A stretch of DNA of 64,000 nucleotides from Antedon mediterranea (taxonomy: Eukaryota; Animalia; Echinodermata), in NCBI RefSeq assembly GCF_964355755.1, contig NC_092670.1, positions 31,980,388-32,044,387 on the forward strand. The letters run 5' to 3'. Below the pieces are notes generated by a model that did not search any database, had not been told where the DNA came from, and saw only the letters and a list, made by a program, of their open reading frames with translations. A program made the position numbers and the translations under genes. Positions 1 through 12,265 of the stretch are shown in pieces (position 1 is the first letter of the stretch; every line of letters begins with the position of its first letter).

Positions 1-57
1 TTGGTGCTGGAACGGCAAGAGTCCGCAATATCATTTAAATATGACCTGTAGCATACA

Positions 58-228
58 TTGTCTCTTTGTTTAAACAGACCAAAGCACCAGTCAGGGGCAA
101 ACTTTGTGTGTCCAGCCACCAAAAAGCGTACCCTGATTTCCTTATGCAGGCCATGTAGTGTCCTCCAGAGTAAATACCACATTACATACTTATTCTTATA
201 TTGTCCACTACAGTTGTCACAATGAAGG
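58..228 (-). pseudogene. Sola1-like DDE transposase fragment
   Basis: Manual minus-strand translation gives LHCDNCSGQYKNKYVMWYLLWRTLHGLHKEIRVRFLVAGHTKFAPDWCFGLFKQ, matching the DNCxGQNKN...GHT...D..FG catalytic signature. Confidence 0.65.
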
Positions 229-1005
229 TATCACAATGAAGGTGAAGAACTTCTACACCTAAACTGTAGTGGGCAAAATAATAATGAAGATATGAAATGA
301 TGGCATTTGCTCCTTTGCCAACGTCCATCCCCTCATCGATCAAAAAATTGACTTGATTGGAGAATCCCTCACAGTGGATCCCAAAGACGCCACACTTCCC
401 CCTCGGTCAAGAAAAAAACTGGTCCGGGCTGTTCGGGGTAATGGTTTTCGGCGATTGTGGTCGCATTTTCTACACATTTTTATTAAATTTATACAGAATC
501 CCTTCAGAAAATGACCGATTTTTTTGACAACTTACATATGGAATTTCAAACCCAAACTTCAATGGATAGTAAAATTAATGATTATATTTTCTTTATTACA
601 CAAAACTCATTTTGAAAAAATTATATGTCGGCCTATTCTAGTTCAAAGGTGCAAGTTTACAGCCCTTTCGTGGTAGCAGGTCACATATTAACAATCTTTA
701 TATATCTAAATCACTAAGATGAATTGTATAACACATAAGTACATAGGATTAGTATATCATTCTTTTAGCTATACTCGAATTCCTATCTGCTTCCTGATAA
801 ACCAAAGCCTAATTACTTTAGCAGGCATCTGTTGCCATAGCAACAGGACAGTTCTATAAGCGGAATTCAATGTTGGTCAAAAGGTTTGCTAACTATAGTG
901 TGGTAAGCACACAGTCCATTTAATTATAAGTTAAAATAAACGTTGTCTAAACATATAATACAAAGTGACTAATCAAGTGAGAAATACAATGAATTTGACT
1001 TAGCC

Positions 1006-1750
1006 TCAAGAGTGGTAAACATGAGTCTGAGAGGTGAAGTCTATAGAGCGATGTCCATAAGTATTGATAGAAGTATTATTTGCGGCAGTAGATTTTTGTC
1101 GCCTATGTGGACCCTCATGGCGAGTAGGTGGAACAACACTCACTTCTGCCCCAGTGTCTATGAGGAAACGTTTTGATAATTGATTTACAATAAAGAAAAG
1201 ACTACTTACGATTTGACGGCCAGCAACATTCATTGCATTTAGTTGTCGGCGTTGGAGTTTTCCGAACACAGCGGATTGCATTTTCGAGCATTGACTCCAA
1301 TTTTTTCATGGTACCAACAGAGTTGCGGAGTGTTGTTGTGATGTTGAGCAAAGCGATTGGAACTGTTAGGTTGAGCAGGAGATGAATGCCTACTACTCGA
1401 TCGATTTCAATGTTGACTTGTGCTGTGACTTTGATATCTGATGTGCCGTCGGTCAGATTACAAGGAATTAACTTGTGTTGACAGTTGTTGAATCTGTTTT
1501 TGCAGGTTTTCATGGGTGGCAGACAAGGAGGGTGTATTGTCCATGAGTACTGCCGATTCACTTGTTGGCCCAGTTGCAGTTACAGAGACTTCACTAATTT
1601 GTCAGCCAATGGTGTTAAGCATTCCAGGTTCAACTCATCCTTGGTTGAAGCTAGGATAAGCTGTACATATAGTTGGGAGGCGACTTAAGAATACTGTAGT
1701 TGTTTCATAATTGATGGTTCGAGTGGCCTGTCACCTAAGAGTTGTTGGCA
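1006..1750 (-). mobile_element. Decayed Ty3/Gypsy gag-protease fragment
   Basis: Aspartic protease motif FLIDTGAEVSVVP in ORF 1006-1281; gag knuckle-like LCWYHEKIGVNARKC at ~1275-1322; LGDR...QLILAS...LADKL gag-like segment at ~1595-1740; stops and frameshifts present. Confidence 0.75.
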
Positions 1751-1929
1751 TCTGGGTAACATTTATTAATAAGTAATTAATGTTTTTTACCCAGTCATCA
1801 ATGTCAACCCCACTTCCTTGTCTTCCAGTAAACACTAGCTAGGCCTATAATTTGAAATTTTCCTTCATTTTCATCAGACCTGGGCCTATCTGAAGCAGCA
1901 GAACTACTAACAGTCTCTAGGCCTAGCCC

Positions 1930-2040
1930 AACATTCCAATAGGTGGTTTAACAGAATGTTTCCCTCCAAGTATTTCATTCAGTGCGTGGTAATGCAGACT
2001 TAGGATCGTCCCTTATCACATTACATGCCCTTTTCCCGTG
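1930..2040 (-). pseudogene. Myb/SANT-like (Harbinger accessory ORF-type) fragment
   Basis: Minus-strand peptide HYHALNEILGGKHSVKPP resembles the Y..L.EILG...SV.P end of trihelix/MADF-like domains; the match is short. Confidence 0.35.
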
Positions 2041-2075
2041 CCTTTGATAAAAATGTCACAGACATGTTTTGTTTT

Positions 2076-2836
2076 CTAACTTCTTCATCCATGGTCCTGT
2101 CAGCTGTTTGCCAATAAGACCTACCACATGCAGCTCAGCAATTGCTAACTTCTTCATCCATGGTCCTTTCCGCTGTTTTCCAATAAGACCTACCACTTGC
2201 AGCTCAGCAATTGCTAACTTCTTCATCCATGGTCCTGTCCGCTGTTTGCCAATAAGACCTACCACTTGCAGCTCAGCAATTGCTAACTTCTTCATCCATG
2301 GTCCTGTCAGCTGTTTTCCCAATAAGACCTACCACTTGCAGTTCAACAATTGCTAACTTCTTCATCCATGGTCCTGTCAGCTGTTTGCCAATAAGACCTA
2401 ACACTTGCAGCTCAGCAATTGCTAACTTCTTCATCCATGGTTCTGCCCGCTGTTTTCCAATAAGACCTACCACTTGCAGCTCAGCAATTGCTAACTTCTT
2501 CATCCATGGTCCTGTCAGCTGTTTTCCAATAAGACCTACCACTTGCAGCTCAGCAATTGCTAACTTCTTCATCCATGGTCCTGTCCGCTGTTTTCCAATA
2601 AGACCTACCACTTGCAGCTCAGCAATTGCTAACTTCTTCATCCATGGTCCTGTCAGCTGTTTTCCAATAAGACCTACCACTTGCAGCTCAGCAATTGCTA
2701 ACTTCTTCATCCACGGTCCTGTCAGCTGTTTGCCAATACGACCTACCACTTGCAGTTCAACAATTGCTAACTTCTTCATCCATGGTCCTGTCAGCTGTTT
2801 GCCAATAGGAGCTACCACTTGCAGCTCAGCAATTGT
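2076..2836. repeat. 69-bp minisatellite, about 11 copies
   Basis: taacttcttcatccatgg recurs at 2077, 2146, 2215, 2284 and onward; on the minus strand the unit reads LAIAELQVVGLIGKQLTGPWMKK and is continuous with the transposase-like fragment at 2836-3060. Confidence 0.97.
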
Positions 2837-3060
2837 TACCATGTTCTCAAAGTCTTTCATTAGTGAGGCTTGTATTCCATCTAGTGATTTACTGATTCGC
2901 AACATTTCTGTGGAGAGTTTGTGGAAGTGGATGAGAATTCCTACTTTATGAAATAATATGTGATGGGGATTGCTTCTATACCTGGGTAGGATATTTCTAG
3001 AAACATTATTTCTCTCTAAGAATGTGTTAAACCCTTTCACCGTTTCCAATTTTATAACAG
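2836..3060 (-). pseudogene. Unclassified transposase-like coding fragment (further copies at ~10436-10590 and ~13039-13195)
   Basis: ORF 2273-3049 N-terminus FNTFL...LPRYRSN..HILFH..G...IGKQLTGPWMKK resembles an uncharacterised invertebrate DNA-transposon ORF family (recalled); present three times in the window. Confidence 0.45.
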
Positions 3061-3599
3061 TTTACTCATTTGAACAATAATATTTGCAGCTATGCAATAA
3101 TTCCCAAAAAAATGAGCTTTTAATAAAAACACATGCATCATGCGCACTACCTGGCATACCAACACATGATAGACCAACCATTAGCATCAATCAGAGCTTT
3201 AGTTGTAGCATAATTGAATATGATGATTTTTTTTTTGATTTTTTTTTCTGGTTATGGGCTAGTTCTAGGCATGAAAAATAAAATGCAAACAAAAGACATT
3301 TTTAAAATTCTATTCTGCATAATAACATTTCTATATTAATATTGAGTTTACAAAGTTTAAAACTACATAAATTAACACATTACTATCTTAGCGTTGGTTG
3401 CATCACCTGATTCAACCACTCAACCCCATAGGCACAGACAGCATTATTACGTATCATAGAAAAAAAAATACATGGCTCAACCAAGAAGCTTTAAATCATA
3501 TAATATTTTACCCTAATATATGTGTTATCCGGGTACAAAATGATCTGTGAAAGAATATACAATACTTCAATGCAAGTGTTGATGTTTCTGAATCCGACA

Positions 3600-4110
3600 A
3601 GCAAAAGGCTTGCACATCATGTCTCATGTTTGCCAACTAGTGTTCATTTACTTTGAGCAGAAGACGTCAACGACCTTTTAGCTTTCCGAATGCATGTTCT
3701 GCCATTATTCTGGCAGATGACATAATTAAACCTATATATTGCAGACAAGTTAATCTCCTTTGCCAGAAATTGGTCGCATTAAATTAGGCAGGGAGAGGGT
3801 AAGCTGGATTTCCTGTAATCAGGAGTGGAATATTTTACCCTTCCACAACCTCTACAGGGTTAGGTTTAAAAAGTTCATACAACTACCCGGCATACCAACA
3901 CATGCATATAAACAGACCATTAGCATCAATCAGAGCTTAGTTGTAGCATAATTGAATATGATGATGTATGATTGAAATAATCCTGAGGCTCAACATTCAA
4001 TGATTTCATTTTATATCTGTTCCATGTATAGCTGCTGAAATTTGTGGGAATATTCCTTCATTCTAAATTTCTCAACATTGTTCTGCAAAATTATAAAAGA
4101 AAAACAGTGT
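3600..4110 (-). pseudogene. PIF/Harbinger (DDE_Tnp_4, HARBI1-like) transposase remnant
   Basis: Frameshifted minus-strand pieces ..PQISAAIHGTDIK..PQDYFNHTSSYSIMLQ..ACVGMPGS.. and FNY.SSARIMAEHAFGKLKGR match the GAIDGTHI, YYNRK..YS..LQ, PGS.HD and R..VE.AFG.LK.RW motifs. Confidence 0.75.
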
Positions 4111-4130
4111 TTCATAAATATTATGTAATA

Positions 4131-4954
4131 TGCTTCAGTTGGCCGCTGTGCTTCAGTTGGCCGCTGTGCTTCAGTTGGTTGTTGTGCTTCAGTTGGTTGT
4201 TGTGCTTCAGTTTGTTGTTGTGCTTCAGTTGGTTGTTGTGCTTTAGTTGGTTGTTGTGCTTCAGTTGGTTGTTGTGCTTCAGTTGGCCGCTGTGCTTCAG
4301 TTGGCCGCTGTGCTTCAGTTGGTTGCTGTGCTTCAGTTGGCCGCTGTGCTTCAGTTGGCCGCTGTGCTTCAGTTGGCCGCTGTGCTTCAGTTGGCCGCTG
4401 TGCTTCAGTTGGCCGCTGTGCTTCAGTTGGCCGCTGTGCTTCAGTTGGTTGCTGTGCTTCAGTTGGTTGTTGTGCTTCAGTTGGTTGTTGTGCTTCAGTT
4501 GGTTGTTGTGCTTCAGTTGGTTGTTGTGCTTCAGTTGGCCGCTGTGCTTCAGTTGGCCGCTGTGCTTCAGTTGGCCGCTGTGCTTCAGTTGGCCGCTGTG
4601 CTTCAGTTGGCCGCTGTGCTTCAGTTGGCCGCTGTGCTTCAGTTGGCCGCTGTGCTTCAGTTGGCCGCTGTGCTTCAGTTGGCCGCTGTGCTTCAGTTGG
4701 TTGTTGTGCTTTAGTTGGTTGTTGTGCTTCAGTTGGCCGCTGTGCTTCAGTTGGTTGTTGTGCTTCAGTTGGTTGTTGTGCTTCAGTTGGTTGTTGTGCT
4801 TCAGTTGGTTGTTGTGCTTCAGTTGGTTGTTGTGCTTCAGTTGGTTGTTGTACTTCAGTTGGTTGTTGTGCTTCAGTTGGTTGTTGTACTTCAGTTGGTT
4901 GTTGTGCTTCAGTTGGTTGTTGTGCTTCAGTTGGTTGTTGTGCTTCAGTTGTTG
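4131..4954. repeat. 18-bp minisatellite, about 46 copies, with two variants (tgtgcttcagttggttgt and tgtgcttcagttggccgc)
   Basis: Directly visible; versions with only 3-4 copies occur in the homologous context at ~9157-9223 and ~13485-13551. Confidence 0.98.
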
Positions 4955-5969
4955 TGAACGGTGTCATGATTTTCTGCCACTACCTTGGATAAAGCATCTC
5001 TAATAACACTTGTTGCCAGATATTCATGTTGTATTAATTTGTTTAAAAAAATTAATATACCTACTGTACCAGTTGTTCCTGATCACCTGGTATTCTATTT
5101 TTACATGTTGTATTAATTTGTTGAAAAAAATAATAATAATAATAAAATTAATATTTGTAGCTATGCAATCATTTCCAAAAAATGGCCTTTCGCTGCAAGT
5201 GTCTCAATTTGAATTTCTGAATAATTTAATAATACAAACTCTTTCTTTCCACTCCTGATTTGGTTAAATATTGGCTCGAATTTCCTTCTGTCGACCATAT
5301 CCTTCTTCTGTTGTGCTACTTCATTTGCATTTCTTGTCGTTGCTTCCGTACTAACTTAATTGCAGTTTTTAATGCTGCCTTTCTTATATTTCCACTAATC
5401 TGCAAAATCCAGATCATCTCGCAAAAGATATGAGGCAAATTCAAACATTGAAATGTAATCAGTAGCATCATCAAGTTCTTCTGCTTGATTCCAGTAACCA
5501 ACTTTATATTTTTTATTTGAATAAAACTTCTGATCATGGCATCTTTGGTTTTCTCCAGGCCTACAAATTGGATGCATCCCTTTGCTGATTGTTAAGGATC
5601 CAAGATGGATTGTGCCGGAAAACTTAATGTAGTTGGGTTAATTGCAGTTTTTGCTTCAGCACCCAGAGAAGAAAAAATTACTTTTTGTAAATTATAAAAA
5701 CCATTCACGCAATTGTTTCAAAGTTTAACATTATTTTCAATCAATATTTCAATGCAAAATACTGTTTTTCTGGCAATTAATTGAAATAAACCTGGCAACA
5801 CATTCTCCGATTTTATCTAAACTATTCGTATAACTCTAGTAGCATTATGACAAGCCACATTACATTTTATTATTGGATTAGCCATATTTAAATTGTGTTT
5901 CATGTGTTTTGTTTGTTGATATTTTGTTTTTTTGTTGTTGTATTTTTTGTATTTTCCTGGCAACACAAA

Positions 5970-7576
5970 CAGCGGTGGCGCCAGGATCTTCCCGATGCGG
6001 GGGCTACATTCCCCGACAAGGGGCCTATGCGAGCGAAGCGAGCATCACTAGGCTGGGGGCCAGGGGGCCGCCAAGGGCCCCCAGTGGGGGTCCAGGGGGC
6101 GAAACCCCCGGAAGCAACGCGTTCTAGAGTCATTTGAGGTCATTTTAATCAGATTTAGGGTAGCCATTTTTTCCAGTTTTTATAATGCATAAATAAAATA
6201 TTGCGTGCAAAAAAGCGATGCGCGATGACTGTTTCAATCCATATTTTTCAATTTAAAAAATAAAAGTTCAAAGAAAATTTAGAAAAATAGAGTTGGAGGT
6301 CCCGGAAATTGGACTTATTATACTTCAAAACATGAAACAAAATATATAAGTCCCTATCATGGTTGTGACTGAGCTAAGAAATGTTTGAAAAATAGAGATG
6401 TTAGGTCCCGGAAAATGCACTTCTTGTACTTCGAAATATGACCAGCTTTATTGTTGGGGCTGAGCTAAGAAAATGTTTAAAACTAGAGCTGCAGGTCTTC
6501 AAAAAATTGCATTTTATACTTTGGAAACATCAGGCCTAGAGGCTTAAAAAACGCAAGCGTAGACCTTTTTCAGTCGGGGAAATAAGTTTATTCCTCCTAA
6601 GTGTATGCGTGCGTACCATCTGGACTTCCGAGTGGTGAGAAGTTCATGACATACAGGACATTGAAAATTTAATAACTTAGCTATAATAAGATGTTGCCTA
6701 AGTGAAAATGGCATGTTTTTTTGTTTAGTAATGGATGAAATATTTATTTTAGGTGCCCCACAGTACAGAAGGTTACTTGTAAATTAAAAAATTGGTGAAC
6801 ACACGAACAATTAACATAATTCGTTTTTGCTGTAGTGTAGCGTACGTCGACACAGTACACAACGTAACCAACCGTCGATAAACTTCGCCTGGAAAATAAC
6901 TACAGTACACATTTTGGTCCCTGGATGGAACATGATATCATGCGTTTCGACCCAACGTTGAACGATTCGTACAAAGGGATGCCGCCAGACAAGTGCGTAC
7001 CTAGCTATTGTTTAGTAGTAAGTTAGATCGCTGGCAATAATGAATGCATATAAAGTGCATAATATCACTCTGACGTACTCTCACGGTCAATGAAACGTCG
7101 CGGTTTTCTAGGCGCTGAAGCTATGAAGTGAACGCGAACGCTTTTAACTGTATATTATATTCCCCAACAAAAAGTACCTGTGTTCCCTTCGGTAAACTTC
7201 GCCTGGAAAATAACTACATTACACATTTTGGTCCCTGGATGGAACTTGATATCACGCGTCTCGACCCAACATTGAACGATTCGTACAAAGGGATACCGCC
7301 AGACAAGTGCGTACCTAGCTAATATTTAGTAGTAAGTTAGATCGCTGGCAATAATGAATGCATAATTACATAATAGCACTCTGACGTACTCTCACGGTCA
7401 ATGAAACGTCGCGGTTTTCTAGGCGCTGAAGCTACCAAGTGAACTCGAACGTTTTTTTTACTTTATATTATATTCCCCGACAAAAAGTACCCGTGTTACC
7501 CGATGGGGGTCTAGGCTCCCCGACGAGGGGGCTAGAGCCCCCCGTACCCCCTCCCCCCCCCCCTCCCATCCCCACC
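5970..7576 (+). mobile_element. Non-autonomous hAT-like DNA transposon with two internal ~310-bp tandem units
   Basis: Starts cagcggtggcgccag; 8-bp duplication aacacaaa at 5962-5969 and 7577-7584; right TIR degraded to a C-rich tract; highly similar inverted copy at 42774-44971. Confidence 0.8.
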
Positions 7577-8649
7577 AACACAAAACCTATGTACGAAATT
7601 TACCCCAGTGTTTTTTTCGTGATTATTGTTGAAAAACCTATTGACTATCAAATTAAAAAACCTCATTGATTTAAAAACACCACTTTGGAAGTTATAGGTA
7701 CGTTTATGAGGTATACTTTTATAAAAAAAATATTTTTTAAATAATTGTATCAACCAAACTCCATTTTGTAATTTATTTTTTTTCTACATTAAATGGAACT
7801 CAATACAGGTTGTTTACACTGCTATAAACAAAAACTGTATAATGTAAGTATTTTTTGTTAATTTTAATTTTTAGCCTCCGTTGCCATGACAACGGTCAAT
7901 TATCCAAATTTTGATGTTTTTGCCATTTTTCACAGATTTTCTATAGTGAAAAAGTACAAATTGTATACTTATTTTAACCATTAATACTTATTTCAACCAT
8001 TAATACTTACCAAATACAATAATTTTAAAGGAAAAAAAAAATATAAAGAATACAAATATACATACTACAACTTTCTCTTTTGGTAATTTATGTTCTTTGG
8101 CCAAAAACGTAGCCTTAATAACCGCTGTTCCTTCATGTTGTGACTCGTCACTGGGTGGACTCGATGAATAGTGTCGATGTTTTATTTCATTATTTAAACT
8201 GAAAAAGTAAAATGTAGTGCGGATGGAAACGGCGAACAGTTAAATGTGACAATTTTTCTTTCTTTTGGAAACTTGAGGAAAATCATAACTATAACTGGTA
8301 AGCTCTACATCAAGGTATACATTTTTTTTTAAACGTAAAAAATGCCGTTTTTATAAATAGATTTTGAGTCTGACACTCTTTTTGACATTTCTTTGATTCT
8401 TACAGACAATGGCTCTTAACAATTTCAGATTGGTGACTTTACTAACAGGTACCTCTAATTTAGCATTAGCTTGACATTACTACTACTATAACTTGCCATG
8501 TGATGTACAGCATGCAATTCTGCTACTTACGAGTATAACATACAGATTGTACAAACACAAATGATATCCAATGTCTTACTCTATCAACATTATTAACTTT
8601 TAAAAAAGGTGTAATTTAATATTAAATTTATTTTATTAAAAACTTTTTA

Positions 8650-8950
8650 TTTCCTGTATAATTATTCCTCAAGGGCAGGTGTATATAGTTGAAAGGTTCT
8701 TGATGTAATATTGCCATAAAGACAAATGTGGGCATTGTCAACAGATAACAAAGTAACTAAATCTTCCCAACTGCACTCGGGTCTATTTTCTTTGAAATTT
8801 TTAAGTTTTCTTAAAATCTACTCATTTCCAGTTTTCTTACAATATCTCTGAACAGACATTCAACAGATACTCTAACCTGGCTCATAGATCTGTTGTAATC
8901 AACTTGAGCTTGCGTCAAGTTTCCTGTAAAAGGAGCCTGTAATGGACCTC
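8650..8950 (-). pseudogene. DDE_Tnp_4 transposase C-terminal fragment, second subfamily (duplicate at ~14375-14675)
   Basis: Translation (clearest in the 14.4-14.7 kb copy) LQAPFTGNLTQAQVDYNRCMSQVRVSVEWPF..DFKK..SAVGKIYLLCCLLTNVHTWLYGNITSKTF matches the N..MS.VRVSVEW.F...DFKK.....VGK.Y motif. Confidence 0.7.
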
Positions 8951-10742
8951 CATAAATACATAGTTGTAGCACAATTGAATATGATGTATGTATGTATGAG
9001 TGAAATAATCCTGAGGCTCAATTCGGTGCTTTAATTTTTATATCTGTCCCATGTATAGCCGCTGCAATTTGTGGGAATCTTCCTTCATTCTAAATTTCTC
9101 AACATTGTTCTGCAAAATTTAAACAAAAAAAAATGTTTCATAAATATTATGTATTATGCTTCAGTTGGCCACTGTTCTTCAGTTGGTTGTTGTGCTTTAG
9201 TTGGTTGTTGTGCTTCAGTTGGCAGGTTGCTATGAACGGTGGCATGATTTTCTGTCACTCCTTGGATAAAGCATCTCCAACAACACTTGTTGCCAGATAT
9301 TCATGTTGTATTAATTTGTTGGAAAAAAGTAATATACCTACCAGTTGTAGACCACCTGGTATTCTATTTTTACATGTTGTATTAATTTGTTGAAAAAATA
9401 ATAATAAAAATAATATTTGTAGCTATGCAATCATTTCCAAAAAATTGCCTTTCGCTGGTTTTAGTTTGAGAACATTTCTGGTTGTTAAAACGGTAGAGTG
9501 GGTGAAGGTGACAATTTAAATGCTCTGCTTGCTCTTAATCAATCAGCATAATTAGCTGCACACATTTCATTCATTAATGTGTTATATTGTCATTAATGGC
9601 AGCCCAAATGTAATCTGCATAGTCTTATAAAATACCTTTCCATTACCTTCTTCCAATTTTCAATATAGCATCAAGTGTCTCAATTTGAATTTCTGAATAA
9701 TTTAATAATACAAATTCTTTCTTTCCACTCCTGATTTGGTTAATTCTGTCGACCATATCCTTCTTCTGTTGTGCTACTTCATCTGCATTTGTTGTCGTTG
9801 CTTCCGTACTAACTTAATTGCAGTTTTTAATGCTGCCTTTCTTATATTTCCACTAATCTGCAAAATCCAGATCATCTCGCAAAAGGTATGAGGCAAATTC
9901 AACATTGAAATGTATTCAGTAGCATCATCAAGTTCTTCTGCTTGATTCCAGTAACCAACTTTATATTTTTTATTTGAATAAAACTTCTTATCATGGCATC
10001 TTTGGTTTTCTCCAGGCCTACAAATTGGATGCATCCCTTTGCTGATTGTTCAGGATCCAAGATGGATTGTGCCGGAAAACTTAATGTAGTTGGGTTAATT
10101 GCAGTTTTTGCTTCAGCACCCAGAGAAGAAAAAATTACTTTTTGTATACTATATATATGCACCAGTGTTTGTAATATAATGTGGTCCTCGCCATTTTGTC
10201 AGTATAATTAAACCACGGTATTCCGACAAATAGTTCCAAAAAATTGCCAAATTACCTATACCGAATAAAAATGGCACTTCCCATTACCAGGTTTTTGTTT
10301 TAAATGCTTGCTATTAGGCTTTGAATTACTTTTGGACGCATTAGTTGTATTTTTTGACCGATTGAAGTCTGGACAGTTCCTCTGAAAATGACTTGGTCAT
10401 TCAAACACTTAACAATTTCAGATTGATGTACTGGTTCGCAACATTTCTGTGAAAAGTTTGTGGAAGTGGATGAGAATTCCTACTTTATGAAATAATATGT
10501 GTAGGGGATTGCTTCTATACCTGGGTAGGATATTTCTAGAAACATTATTCTATCTCTGTTGAACCCTTTCACCGTTGCCATTTTTATAACAAGGTTTACT
10601 CACTTGAACAATAATATTTGCAGCTATGCAATAATTCCCAAAAAATTTGGCTTGTTCTAGTTTGAATGTATTCCTGGTTACTGAATCTGTGACAATTTAA
10701 TTTATTGAGAGTTTTACAATGATATTGATATAGTGAAAACAC

Positions 10743-11110
10743 TTGCATCATGCGTACTACCTGGCATACCAACACATGCATCATGCGTACTACCTGGCAT
10801 ACCAACACATGCGTCATGCGCACTACCTGGCATACCAACACATGCATCATGCGCACTACCTGGCATACCAACACATGCATCATGCGCACTACCTGGCATA
10901 CCAACACATGCATCATGCGCACTACCTGGCATACCAACACATGCATCATGCGCACTACCTGGCATACCAACACATGCATCATGCGCACTACCTGGCATAC
11001 CAACACATGCATCATGCGCACTACCTGGCATACCAACACATGCATCATGCGCACTACCTGGCATACCAACACATGCATCATGCGCACTACCTGGCATACC
11101 AACACATGCA
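10743..11110. repeat. 33-bp minisatellite, about 11 copies, derived from Harbinger transposase coding sequence
   Basis: Unit tgcatcatgcgcactacctggcataccaacaca; minus frame reads (DACVGMPGSAH)n; single unexpanded unit at ~3130-3168. Confidence 0.97.
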
Positions 11111-11249
11111 TCTAGACCAACCATATAGCATCAATCAGAGCTTAGTTGTAGCACAATTGAATATGATGATGTATGATTCAAATAATCCTGAGGCTCAATA
11201 TTCGGTGCTTTCATTTTATATCTGTTCCATTTAAAGCCGCTGCAATTGC

Positions 11250-11745
11250 CGATTCAAATGGCCCGTTCCAATTGTTGCGGAACTTAATGACCTGTGGATT
11301 GGCGTTTTCAAATTTAAGCTCCCTTATTGGCCGTGTTGGGACAGGGCATGCTCCCCTAAAGTTTCCTTTAAGAAAGTTGTGAAAGCAAAGAATGAATCCT
11401 GGCCCATTGCTATTGCATTGAATGGCGATGATTTTTTCCTCGCGGAAAGAAACACATCTCTCCATTCCTGTGGTAGTTCCACATCGGCCTTAGAGTTAAT
11501 GTTTCCCATATCCCTATCGCATTCCATGTTATGAATGCCCCTAATTGGGAATGAACACTTTACGGCATATAATCGTTTCAAATCATTTACAAGATAATTA
11601 AAAAACCTATACACGGTGAAATTCTTGTTTTGGCCTGGACAACCATCGCAGAAAAAAGAAATTTCTGTCACAGTGTCTGGAAGATAATTTTGTACAAAGT
11701 TATTCAGCATCGAACAAACATTATCTGCTCCTTTTTTTGCAATTG
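11250..11745 (-). pseudogene. Sola1-like transposase fragment
   Basis: TIAKKGADNVCSML...FCDGCPGQNKN...FPIRG(I)HNMECDRDMG...PQEW in and just upstream of ORF 11324-11710. Confidence 0.7.
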
Positions 11746-12119
11746 TCTTCCGTACTAAACTTAATTGCAGTTTTTAATGCTGCCTTTCTTATATTTCCAC
11801 TAATCTGCAAAATCCAGATCATCTTGCAAAAGATATGAGGCAAATTCAAACATTGAAATGTAATCAGTAGCATCATCAAGTTCTTCTGCTTGATTCCAGT
11901 AACCAACTTTATATTTTTTATTTGAATAAAACTTCTTATCATGGCATCTTTGGTTTTCTCCAGGCCTACAAATTGGATGCATCCCTTTGCTGATTGTTCA
12001 GGATCCAAGATGGATTGTGCCGGAAAACTTAATGTAGTTGGGTTAATTGCAGTTTTTGCTTCAGCACCCAGAGAAGAAAGAATTACTTTTTGTATACCAC
12101 ATACCAGTTTTTGTAATAT

Positions 12120-12265
12120 AATGTGGTCCTCGCCATTTTGTCAGTATAATTAAACCACGGCATTCCGACAAATAGTTTTAAAAAAAATGCCAAATTACCT
12201 TTACTGAATAAAACTGGCAGTTCCCATTACCAGATTGGTTATAACGTAAGGAGATACCCTGTTCA
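12120..12265 (-). pseudogene. OTU-protease-like fragment of Ginger-type element (second copy ~10180-10290)
   Basis: Minus peptides LRYNQSGNGNCQFYSV and LFVGMPWFNYTDKMA resemble the G(D/N)GNC.F and LELF...PW..Y...MA OTU motifs. Confidence 0.5.

Noticed and set aside
4011-5003. 318/319-aa ORFs (PTEAQQ)n and (LCFSWL)n as real mucin-like or membrane proteins
   Set aside because: They are open only because the 18-bp unit lacks stops in several frames; flanks are broken TE fragments and paralogous sites have only 3-4 units.
2076-11110. Regular arrays (69, 18 and 33 bp) as CRISPR arrays
   Set aside because: Units are contiguous with no unique spacers, there are no cas genes and the context is eukaryotic.
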